A stretch of DNA of 64,000 nt from Vicugna vicugna (lineage: Eukaryota). The stretch's first letter is position 1, and the number at the start of each line of letters is the position of its first letter. Both the position numbers and the translations under genes were made by a program. Positions 1-10,796 of this stretch are shown here, piece after piece. Where the stretch lies: contig MU058065.1 in assembly GCA_013265495.1 (NCBI GenBank), positions 2,891,003-2,955,002 of the forward strand, written 5' to 3'. Below the pieces are notes generated by a model. It did no database searches and was not told the origin of the DNA. It saw only the letters and a program-made list of their open reading frames with translations.

Positions 1-56
1 TGCAAACTATATGAGACAACTTATAAGGAAGTGCTAAGCAGTGTAAGTACTGTGGA

Positions 57-224
57 CCAGCACTTGTCAGACTTTAATGTGCACACTGATCCCCAGGGGG
101 TCTTGTTAAAAGGCAGTTGCTGATTCAGCAGGTCTGAAGTGGAGCCTGAGGGTCTGCATTTCTAACAAGCTCTCTTGTGATGCTCCTTGTTAATAGTTCA
201 TGGACCACACTTTGAATAGTGATG
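57..224. mobile_element. MER5A-like hAT-Charlie MITE
   Basis: Motifs typical of MER5A: cttgttaaaa..gcag..ctgattcagcaggtctg..gtggagcctgag..tctgcatttctaacaagctc...ggaccacactttgaatag. Confidence 0.8.
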
Positions 225-1544
225 CTGTCATGTTTAGAGGTGGGAGAGGGCTGCTCAGTAAGGGCTGGAGCAGTAGCTTTGGAAGAGGGATGGAAATGAG
301 CTAGGGCTTGAAAGACAAATGGGACATGGACACCTTAAAAAGAGATAGGTGAGCTCCTAGGCACAGGAATGCCATGGTGGGAAGGCAGGAAGATAAGTGG
401 AACAATAAGGAAACAGTCAGTTGGTTGACAAAGTCTCTACTCCTGTCCCCTCTATGGGGTGTAGCATGGCAGTGTCTTCCATCTTAGGCAGTAGCTCTCA
501 GTGCTCACTAGGTACCAGAACCAGAATTCTGGGCCGCCTACAGAATACAGATAGCTGAGCCCCACCCACAGAGATTCTGAAATATCTGGCCTGACTTAAT
601 CAAACTTCAGGAGTTCATATTCCAAATATGGAGGAAAAAATAGTGCACATAACCAAGAAGTAACCACACATCACAAAAATCAGCAGTGCTGCTACTTTGC
701 AAGTACCATCAATAGCTCAGAATCTCTTAAGTAGTTAATGAGTTCTGAGCTATGGGGAAATTGAGGCAAATTGTATCTTGTGATTTACCCTTGTCTGCAT
801 GGCCCATTAGTGCTACATAAATAACTTTGGGAAGATTTATTAATGCCAAATTTATGATTTTTGATTTCTAATCATCTATGCTTCTGTAGATGCTAGGTTA
901 ATTATTATTTAATACATTCTTTCAGTAACTTTCAGGAGTTTTTACTACACCATTCAATATTAATTTTTTTTTAATTCTTAAATATAGGATCACCATTTTT
1001 CCTTTGCTAGTCTGGAAGGATGTCAACTCTTTCCACAATTTCTCAGAAATACTGGCTTGTTGCTCCATAGTTCTTGGAAAAATCCAGGAAACGGGTCACA
1101 AGACCCTGCTGATTTGAATGCCCCAGGTTTTCCAGATACTCTGAAAGGAGTTCATTCCTTCTTATAATTTATTATTCCTTCAAAACCAAATCAGTCCCCA
1201 AACAATAATTCATCTTTGATCTTTCTGTAGAGGATAAATTAAAGAAGATGTTAAGTGTGCCTACCTTTAAATCACCTTCTATAATTAGATTTCCCTTCCT
1301 CAATGTGAGAGATGTAAATTTTATATAATTACTCTCTTCTATTTAATAATTTAAATAACTTTGTGTGTCTTTAATGTCCCCTACAAAATGATCTCCTGTT
1401 TAGCTGAAGCTCTCCTAAAATAGCACAATTTCCATGACCCATGAAAGACACTGAATACATATTTCCCAATACATTTTCTTGCATAATGTTTCTTGCTAGT
1501 CTTTTTAGTTCTGCAAGATGAATGAGACAATAGGGACAATGTAG

Positions 1545-1698
1545 GGAGAGAAAGAGACTGAATATTGAGAGAGAAGGAGGCAAGGGAGCAGGGAGGGTGG
1601 GGGAAGGAGAAAGAAAGAAGGAGAGAGAGAAGAAAAAGAAAGAGAAAGAAAGAAAGAAAGAAAAGAAAGAAAGAAAGAAAGAAAGAAAGAAACAAACA

Positions 1699-1730
<32 letters not shown>

Positions 1731-1829
1731 AAAGGGAGGGAGGGAGGGAGGGAGGAAGAGAAGAAGGAAGGGAAGAAGAAAGGGAGGAAGGGAGGAAGGG
1801 AGGAAGGAAGGAAGGAAGGAAGGAAGGAA

Positions 1830-1863
<34 letters not shown>

Positions 1864-1990
1864 AAAGGGAGGGAGGGAGGAAGAGAAGAAGGAGGGGAAG
1901 AAGGAAGGGAGGAAGGGAGGAAGGAAGGAAGGAAGGAAGGAAGGAAGGAAGGAAGGAAGGAAGGAAGGAAGGATGGAGAAAGAAAGATCA
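1545..1990. repeat. Compound purine microsatellite (GAAA)n/(GGGA)n/(GGAA)n
   Basis: Directly visible; about 440 bp almost entirely purine on the + strand; explains the ORFs at 1371-2169. Confidence 0.97.
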
Positions 1991-2385
1991 AACCCCCTAT
2001 GTTGTTTGAGAAGAATGGATTTGGGGAGAAATCTTGTGTAAAATATTTCAGCAGGAAAATAAACATATACTACCAAATTATACCTACATTCTTGCTAGAG
2101 ATATCATTTGCCTTTCTGACTTTAAACAGGGTTAACAGCTATTACTTCTTTAAGTTTCTTACAAAATGAATGTGAATGTATAGGACACTATAAGACTAGA
2201 AGATGTTTAATAGGAGCCTCTAAGTAGAATAGATAGAGTCTAAGTGTGGCTTCTAATGTACCAAAAAAGAAAACCCAAAAAACCTCTTCTATGAGGAAAT
2301 ATACTGTTGTAGTTCTTGAATCAGCATTTCCGCAAAAATATAAGAACTTAAATTTGGAGACAAACATTAACAAATGGCTTCATAC

Positions 2386-2772
2386 TACCTTGGTCCATTC
2401 AGGCTGCTATAACAAAATACCACAGATTAGGTAGTTTATAAACAACAGACGTTAATTGCTCACAGTTCTGGAGGCTAGGATTCTGAGATCACAGTTCTGG
2501 AGGCTGGAATTCTGAGACAATATGCCAGCATATTCAGGTAAGGGCCCTCTTCTGGGTTGAAGACTTCTTGCTGTATCCCCACATGGTGGAAGGGAAAAGC
2601 CAGTCTCTTTTCTTAGAACACTGATCCCATTCATAAGGGCTCTCCTCTCATGACCTAATTACCTTCCAAAGGTGCCACCTCCTAATGTCATCACTTTGGA
2701 CATTAGGTTTTCAACCTATGAGGGTTGTTTTTATTTGGGAGGGGGAGGAGCACAAATACTCAGACCATAGCA
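2386..2772 (-). mobile_element. MLT1A-like MaLR solo LTR
   Basis: tccattcaggctgctataacaaaataccacaga...cagaccatagca; 5-bp TSD-like catac (2381-2385) / catat (2773-2777). Confidence 0.85.
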
Positions 2773-2884
2773 CATATACACAAAATTTTAGAAGATTTGT
2801 AAATCTTCCAAAACATTAGTTTTTCTCCATTTCAAAGGAGAAGTGGTAGAAGAAAAGAGTTACCTTAAAAATGGTAGCAATATG

Positions 2885-3110
2885 TAACAATGAGTGCTTA
2901 CCATGTCCCAGGTGCTGTGCGTCCTGCTTTACATGTGTCATCCCATTTGACCTTCACAACAGCCACATGAGACTGGCATTATTTTATTCTCATTTTAGAG
3001 ATACATAAAATGAGTCTTACTAGAGACGTTGAACAACTTGACCAAGATCAAATATTCCATGGAAGCAGAATTTGATCCCAGGCAAGCCTAGAGCCTATGA
3101 CTTAGCCAAT
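2885..3110 (-). mobile_element. MIR SINE
   Basis: gagtgcttaccatgtcccagg...cttcacaacagcc..atgag...cattttagagat matches the reverse-complement MIR core. Confidence 0.75.
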
Positions 3111-3891
3111 CTGTTACATAAAATATATAGACAGAAGTCACAAACCTTATATTTCAAACACTTTTGTGCATGATACTTTCTTCTTTATATGTCCTTCAAG
3201 GAGGAGACACAAATAAAATCTATCCAAATGATAGTGCGTATCCATTTGGAAAATCACTGATCAATGACAAAGATAGAGCTTTGTTCATATGAGTTCATAT
3301 CAAAACTATTAATCAAAACAAAGGCCTAAGGTCATTTTGTTTGAAGTTCACCTTTCTATTAGTGAAAGACTAAAATGTCCTCTAAGACAAATTTAGAATT
3401 CCTAGAACAACCTGACCTTTAATATTCATGTCGTAACACAAATGTACTTTTGGTGTCATTATCATATTATCATTGGTATATTTCCATCATTCATCCTTCT
3501 CTGTTCATTAATCAGGCAAACATCCTGTGAACAGCTAAATTTATACAGAAATATAAATAGGATGGAGTTCATTGGTTATTCATCAAAACATCAGGAGATC
3601 CATGGGGAGAAAATTACGTTACAAAAACTGTAGCTTGAGGAGCAAACTTTCACAGTTGTTATCATTTTATCTCAATTTTAACTTTCTTTCTCTTGGGTAG
3701 ATAATTAAGAGCTTAAAAAGAAAAATAAAGAGTTCAAAAGAACAGTGAATTGTTTCATCATATTCAACAACTAGAGACTTTTGAGATACAACAGAAGTAA
3801 GATATTATCTAATAGTAATAACTTTGTTGGCTTTGTTTTGTTTTTGAGTGCTTGCCATGTGCTAAATCCTTTACATGAATTATTATTAATT

Positions 3892-4293
3892 TGAGTTTCC
3901 CAGAAGCAGACAATAAAACAAAGATTCATTTGCAAGGTGTAGGAAAAACTGGAAATGAGGTAGAACAATGAGAGGGGAAGGGAAAATGTGCATTATCAAG
4001 CCAGTTACCACTGGAGATGGAAGATTGATCTTGCAGGAAAGGCATTATAAAACACATGACTCTCAGTGATCCTGCCTGAAGGATGAGGGAGCTGAGGTAT
4101 TTATATACCAATTCCCTTCAGTCATTATTTGTGAGCTGCTCCTTGGGCATGAATTCCACAGCACCTCAGAGCTGCAGGCTTCCACAGCTTCAGAGATAGC
4201 CTCAGGCAAGGAGATGAAGACAGAAAGGTGATATACAGGCATGAAATAAGGAGTCTCAAGAGCTTTAGGTAGTTCATGTGCACATCAGCTACA
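3892..4293 (-). mobile_element. ERVL solo LTR (LTR16/LTR33-like) nested in a MIR
   Basis: ttcccagaagcagac..aacaaagattcatttgcaag start and ...gctaca end; MIR halves at about 3845-3890 and 4300-4490 (ccccattttaaagatgagggcattgaggctcagaga). Confidence 0.6.
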
Positions 4294-5999
4294 GATGATC
4301 TAATTGAACTTCTTGCAGTAATCTCAATAACTATGAGTTTAATGGAATCTTTATCCCCATTTTAAAGATGAGGGCATTGAGGCTCAGAGACATTGAACAA
4401 CTTATCTGTGGCCACACAGCAAATAAAAGACAATGTTTGCTTCAAAGTAAGTAATATGACTCCAGAGCCTGTAATCTTAGATATTACTCTGTACATTCTT
4501 CCAACAGTTATTGTCTGAGAAGTTAACTCCACCAACTCCTCAAGGAAAAGATATGTCTATATCATGTTTTCACCAGCCAAGAAGATCTGGTAGAGACTAA
4601 CTTCCAATGCTTTCCATCATGAAAGTACTAAGATTTTTCTTTTCTAGCACAGTTTTCTGGCACTTAGTAAGTACTGAATAAATGATGAATGAATGAATGA
4701 ATAACTCTGTAAAGTTAGCCTTAAATCCATGTGTACATAACCCATATTTCCAAAGAATCCTCCTAGTTTCCAGTGTAAAAGGAGGTCACATAAATTCCAC
4801 TATTTAGCCATATTTTGCTGACTATTCTTCCCATTTGCAGGTTCATAAATTTCTACAAAGCACCCCCAAGTACTAATAAAAAGCCTCCAGGAAATTCCTT
4901 ACATCACTCCAAGACCATTCCATTGTCAGACTGTTTCCTTCAGACCATACCTTCATCTACTGAATCTTCCACATCCACTGGCCACCATTACTTCTTCCAG
5001 CCATTTCAAACCTTCCACCAGGTGCCAACACTAAAGCATGGCAGCCCCACAGTATCAAGCTGCATGGTGTTTGTGTGGAAGCAGGCAAGAACAGAAGCAG
5101 CACTACCTTGTTTGCCAATATCTTGTGTGGAGTAGTTGGTTCAAATACTTCTTTGGGTATTTACTGTTTTCTCTTTCCCCAGGACCTAGATAGGGGTCCA
5201 CAGGGAACTGGACCAAAGGGGAACATACTAGGCTGGTCCTGTGATCACTCAGAATCTGTTTCAGGGCTGAGCTTGGGCTCCTCGACTCCCTGAACATGCG
5301 TCCCCTCCCTGAGGGCTTCCTGTCCTTCCAAGTTTGGGAATGCTCAGCAGTCACTTTGTCCTTCTCTATCCCCAATGTTATAATAATATTCCAGCTGAGT
5401 CTCCTGGTTCCTCCATTTATACTTGGTTGAATGTGTAGGGTTAATATTTTATTCATGATTTACATTTGCAACATTGTGTATAAGATTAGTAATATAACCT
5501 AATAATGTTATTTCTGGCTGACATTTTCCTCAGTCCCTCTCTAACCTTCTAATGTCATTCACTATATCTACAAATATACTCAGTATGTGTGCATTACTGA
5601 TACTCAAAGTTTTTAAGTTTAAATATCTATTTTCAAAATTTGCCTAGAACCTATATTATGAGACCTGCCAAACTCACAGATTTTGTTTTCTTGACCTAAT
5701 AATCTGATACCAAGAGAGTTCTAATGAAAGACACAAGAAGGATTATACTTTAGCCCAAAGGAATGAGTCTAATGTGAAACTTCAGGCTTGAGGCAAGTAT
5801 GTGGGAGTGACATTTTGGGCAGAAGAACTTTCCCTGACATTTCTCAAAGGTGTAGCTAAACTCCAACTCCAACTATAAGTGAAACTTAGTGAATTAAAAA
5901 TCCTTTCTTAAATGTTGACCTTTTCAAATCAAATGTTGATCTGCTTTTTAAGTGATGATCTTTAAGTGCCAGAAGTTAAAGAAAAATCACAAGAAGTTT

Positions 6000-6800
6000 C
6001 TGGCTTCAGAAAGATTATTCTCCCAAACTCAAAAGTCCAGAAGGAGTCTTGGGCTTCCACCAAGGTTTAATCCAGCAGGTGAAATGATGTAATTCAAAGA
6101 TCTGGTTTTCTCCTATCGTTTCACCATATCAGTTGGGGAGTGAGCTTCGTCCTTAGGTTGGCTCTCCTCACAGTAATGAAATGGATGAACTGATTCCAGA
6201 CTTCACATCCTTATGTCACTAATCGAGGTGTTCTGGGATGAACTATGTTCCTCCAAAATTCATATGTTGAAACCCCAACGCCCAGTACCTCAGAGTATGA
6301 TGGTACTTAAAGGTAGGCTCTTTAAAGAGGTAATGAGGTTAAAATAAAGCTGTTTATGGTGGGCTCTCATGCAACCTAACTGTTGTCCTTAAAAGAAGAG
6401 GAAATTTGGGCACACAGGAGACACCGGGGTGAGTACACACAGTAGAAAAACCATGCGAGGACACAGCAGGAAGGCGGCCATCTGCAAGCAAAGGCGAGAG
6501 GCCTCAGTAGAAATCAAACCTGATAACACCTTGATTTTGAACTGTTCACCTCCAGAGCTTGAGAGAATAAGCTCCTGCTGTTGAAGCCACCCAGTCTGTG
6601 GTATTGTATTACAGCAGCCTTAGCAAACCAATACGCAAAGGAAGAGAGAGACTCTTCTGGTAGTCCTGCAGAAGAGAGGAAATATCTTTCCCCAAGAACA
6701 ACAGCAAACATCTCCACCATATTACATTGGTTCTGATTAGTTAATTAAGGCATGGAATAGATCCATTTGCTTTGGCTACTCAAGGCCCACCTTTAGAGCA
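6000..6800 (-). mobile_element. Old MLT1 (J/K-like) LTR split by the MLT1B insertion
   Basis: aatccagcagg..aatgatgt...ttccagacttcacatcc | ...ctttccccaagaa..cagcaaacatctcc..cattgg on either side of 6229-6635. Confidence 0.55.
6229..6635 (+). mobile_element. MLT1B-like MaLR solo LTR
   Basis: tgttctgggatgaactatgttcctccaaaattcatatgttgaa...gaagccacccagtctgtggtatt..cagcagccttagcaaaccaatac. Confidence 0.88.
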
Positions 6801-7255
6801 GAGGTAAAATCACTTTCTCCCAAATCATGGCATAAGAATGACTCCCTCTGGATGGTTCCCAGTGAAATTTGTGCTGGTATAGTTCCTGGAAAGAGGAGAC
6901 ACAGATGCTCAACACTGCAGCTCTGCAAGACTGAGCATCTTTCCCAGGTCCATGGGAGTCAGCAGCAGCTTTTCGACCCAAGTTTGCTTGACTCCATCAT
7001 CTGGTGTCCTCCGTGCCTTGCACCACCATCTTCTACTTCTTTCCCAGCTTAAGAAAGCTTTTTTCATGAGAAACTGGCTTTAGAAGGAAACAGGATTATG
7101 AATGGAGAAAGGAGGACTGTTTTCACCAGCAGAACCCAATTTTTTTGGAAGCCATATAAAATGTTAGAGGGAAAAAAGTAACATTACCTTAGATCACAAT
7201 TAAGAGGATTTTTCCCCTTTTCTAAAAGCTCCACACTATGTAACAGAACATGAAT

Positions 7256-7653
7256 CATCTTTTAAATTGTCATCTCAGGAAGTAATATTCATTAGTGGTT
7301 CTGAGGTCAATACAGTGTTCTCTTTGAGTTTTCTCCATTCTCCTTTCTTTGCATTAGTGCAAAGGAGAATAAAGTGCTTTGATCAGTATGTACAGGAGAA
7401 AATACATTTCTTTTGACCCAGACAGCTCATAAAATCTTTTCAGAACAACTCTTGTGTCAAGTACAACTTCCTGTCTAATCTTGGTTCTGGTCCACTTACC
7501 AGGAAGGCTCTTTAATTTCTACATTAGCAAAGGATGTTACAGAGGACAGCATGGAGTTCTTGTTGGACTTTAAAATATTAGAAATCATAAAAAGTTTTTC
7601 ACCTCTCTCTTGAATGCTTGGCTTGTCCAAGCACTAGCTCAGAATGAGAACCC
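7256..7653. repeat. Left arm of 398-bp inverted repeat (pairs with 9591-9988)
   Basis: Manual base-by-base alignment to the reverse complement of 9591-9988: 25 mismatches, no gaps; paired coordinates sum to 17244 throughout. Confidence 0.97.
7500..7567 (-). ncRNA. Candidate 68-nt exon within the left arm
   Basis: Minus-strand acceptor ttttatgatttctaatattttaaag| and donor ctg|gtaagt; motif evidence only. Confidence 0.25.
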
Positions 7654-7833
7654 AGAATGGAGGGGCACTGAGCCTGGGCAGTTTCTCTTCTGAAGGAGGG
7701 CAAGCGTGTTGTCTTGCTTTTGTGGGAAGTGACAACCCTCCAACCCTGAGTCCCACAGTGCCACAGCTGCTTTTAGATTTCAAGGTGTACATAATTCAAT
7801 TTGTTCATCTCTAATCAATAGAGGTTTTCTTAC

Positions 7834-8019
7834 CCCTGATCACAAAGCTTTGAAACAAGGCTTTGGTTTGTTCAGTTCTATTTTCAATAACATCAATTCT
7901 TCTTTGAACACAGCCATTAACTGGCCATCAAGCAGGTCCTGGGCATTTTTCTCAGTCACTCTGCAACCTTTAACCTTCCCTCAGATCTTTATGAGACAAG
8001 CTATGAATCCTTTTTACTG
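7834..8019 (-). ncRNA. Candidate non-coding exon inside the inverted-repeat spacer
   Basis: Minus-strand acceptor ccatgactactattttttcccccatag|cag and donor aggg|gtaaga; stops in all three frames; motif evidence only. Confidence 0.25.
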
Positions 8020-8354
8020 CTATGGGGGAAAAAATAGTAGTCATGGAGGTAATATGAGGAGAGGCCTGTTGGAAATGCCCCATCTGTATGTCTGCAAAGG
8101 CTCTAACAAAGTCCTTTGCTTTTTCAGTAATGGTTATTGACATTTAGCGGGGGAAGCTTTCTATTGTTATCCAAAAATCTATCCAAAATAGATTTTTTTC
8201 CCTTACGCTATAGAACTGTTGAAATATAAAACAACATGAAACAGTGACAAGGGATCTAGAATAGAAATCCATAAATGTGATCTAGTCCTGGCTCTGTTCC
8301 AGCCAGCTGGCTTCACGTTCTTTATTATAAAACAAGGGAGTCCATTCTCCTTTC

Positions 8355-8540
8355 AGTCTATCAAACAAATGTTTATTGAGTCTCCGTTTCATATCAGGCA
8401 CCATGCAAAGCATCCTGACTGAGAAAACATGCGGAGCGCTGATCTCAGAGAGTGTACAGCCCCTTCAGAGCAGGTAAGTAGACAACACCTGAGATATAGA
8501 AGCATTAAGTGTTACCACAAAGTTTACTACAGAGCACTGG
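8355..8540 (-). mobile_element. L2 3' end fragment (adjacent MIR fragment about 8260-8340)
   Basis: tcaaacaaatgtttattgag...caggcaccatgc is the reverse-complement L2 tail. Confidence 0.65.
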
Positions 8541-8716
8541 GTGATAAGCATCACATATTATTAAAATTTATATTAACATATAAATCTAACTTCATATGTA
8601 ATATTGATATCCTTGTTTTAATTATAGATAATCCTAGTGTAGAATACCAAGTTTGTAGAGACTGCTGGTTAAGCACAACTATTACCTTAGTGCTTTCAAA
8701 AAAAGAAAAAGGTTGA

Positions 8717-8860
8717 GACTGGGATTTCAAAATGTAGAACAGATAAACAAGATTATACTGTATAACTGAAAAATTGTGCTCTACACTGGAATTTGACACA
8801 ACATTGCAAAATGACTATAACTCAGTAAAAAATGTTTAAAAATTAATTAAAATTTAAAAA
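8717..8860 (+). mobile_element. Short 5'-truncated lineage-type L1 3' end with internal deletion
   Basis: agataaacaagattatactgtata|actgaaaaattgtgctctacactgg; A-rich tail; TSD-like aaaaaggttga (8706-8716) / aaaaaggatga (8863-8873). Confidence 0.8.
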
Positions 8861-9590
8861 ATAAAAAGGATGAAGTGAAAAAAAAATCAAACTGTCTAAA
8901 GACAATTAAAATGTTTGAAAATATAATCAGAACTTATCAAAATAGAATGCTTATCAAATATAATTCAGTATATGAAACTAGAATAGTTAAATTTTTAAAA
9001 AAAAACTGAAATATACATCAGATGCCATAGTTTTAAACCATACCTAGAATGTATAAGTGGAAACTTTTCTATAGATTCATACAACTTCTAGACTGGATCC
9101 TTCTAGAACCACATCATAAAAGCTACTAGTTTTTTTCAGCTCTAACATTTTAATCGTAATACATTTTCATTGAAATCTTGTTTTGTGAAACATTTACCTA
9201 AACTATTTAGTTTTAGTGCAGAAATCCAAATTCTGATATGGAATTAAATATACCATGCTCCTAATTCTCAATTTTTTATATCAGATGAACTGTATTTACC
9301 ACTCAGAGTAAAACACACACACACATTCTTTAGATATTAAATAAACAATACTATTCTAGTTTTATTTTGTGTTTTTTTTTCCTATTAGTTTTTAAAATTT
9401 AAATACTTGCTTCTATCCACCCACCCACACCCCTACAAAAAGTCCACCAATCTAGAATAAATGTTTTAGCAGAAAAAAAAAATGAGTTCTATTTCCCATC
9501 TTTCTAGAACCTGGGTTTTTGCTATTATACAAGATTTTAATGCTTTTTTATTAGCCTAACCTCTGGCACAAGCCCCTTGCCAGTTACTTG

Positions 9591-9988
9591 GGGTTCTCAT
9601 TCTGAGCTAGTGCTTGGACAAGCCAAGCACTCAAGAAAGAGGTGAAAAACTTTTTATGATTTCTAATAGTTTAAAATCCAACAAGAGCCCCACAATTTCC
9701 TCAGTAACATCCTTTGCTAATGTAGAAATAAAAGAGCCTTCCTGTTAAGTGGACCAGAACCAAGATTAGACGAGAAGTTGTACTTGACACAGGAGTTGTA
9801 CTGAAAAGGTTTTATGAGCTGCCTGGGTCAAAAGAAATGTATTTTCTTCTGTACAGACTGATCAAAGCACTTTATTCTCCTTTGCACTAACAGAAAGAAA
9901 GGAGAATGGAGAAAACTCAAAGAGAACACTGTATTGACCTCAGAACCACTAATGAATATTACTTCCTGAGATGACAATTTAGAAGATG
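9591..9988. repeat. Right arm of 398-bp inverted repeat (pairs with 7256-7653)
   Basis: Same alignment; e.g. 7263-7350 is a perfect 88-bp reverse complement of 9894-9981. Confidence 0.97.
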
Positions 9989-10796
9989 TTGTGTGGAAAA
10001 AGAAGAAGGAGACGGAGAGGCAGAAGAAGAAGAAAGAGAAGAAGAAGAATTGCATTAAAACAGTTTGATGAATTTTTAGTCATTCAGTTTAGACATTTGG
10101 TCTCACGTGTCTTCTAGCATAAACAAACAAACAAACAAATAACCATCAAAAATCTCCCAATAAAAATTAGCCATATTTCATATTCTTTCCATATGTATCT
10201 TAAGTACTTGTTTGGAAGACATTTTTCCAAAGTGATAAGTTTTAAGATTATACATTTGAGGCACTCCAAGCTAGCTTTTTCTTTTCAGATAATAAAATCC
10301 TCTTATCTGCAGACTAATACAAATTAAAATGGAGCTGCCTAAATTTCAGCATCTACTCAATGTTTCTTGCTAAATGAAGATTCTTTGCTTAAAACAGCAG
10401 TAATGCTCCTACCTCTGAGCTCTTTGTAATCTAAGGTTACTGTGGAGAGAGTCATTCCATTTTGATCTATTGCCAGTTGCTCAAAGGTCAAGGATAGGAA
10501 AATAGAGGAGTTAATTTCAGCAAATAGACTTTTCCTGGGAGAAAAATTTGGTCCATTTAATGTAGGTGGGCAGCCACCACAGGTCACTATTTCCAGGAGA
10601 GCCCTGCTCAGGACTCAGAGACTTCAGAGATGATGCTCTGATAGTTCACTCTGATACTGAAGCAGTCTGATCCATGATTCCCAGTCACCCCAGAGGAGAG
10701 AAGTCTGTGCTCATGAGAGCTTGGTACAGGGGTGATTTTAAGTACAGAAGAAAACTACGGTTTGTTTGAGCACTCACTTTCCCAGTTGCCAGGAGA

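Noticed and set aside
1371..2169. ORFs of 158-231 aa on both strands
   Set aside because: Translations of GAAA/GGAA microsatellite, which lacks stop codons; low-complexity F/L/P/S or K/E/R/G products.
7256..9988. Inverted repeat read as terminal inverted repeats of a DNA transposon, or as duplicated coding exons
   Set aside because: No TSD visible at the outer ends, no transposase remnant in the spacer, and shared stop codons in the arm frames examined.
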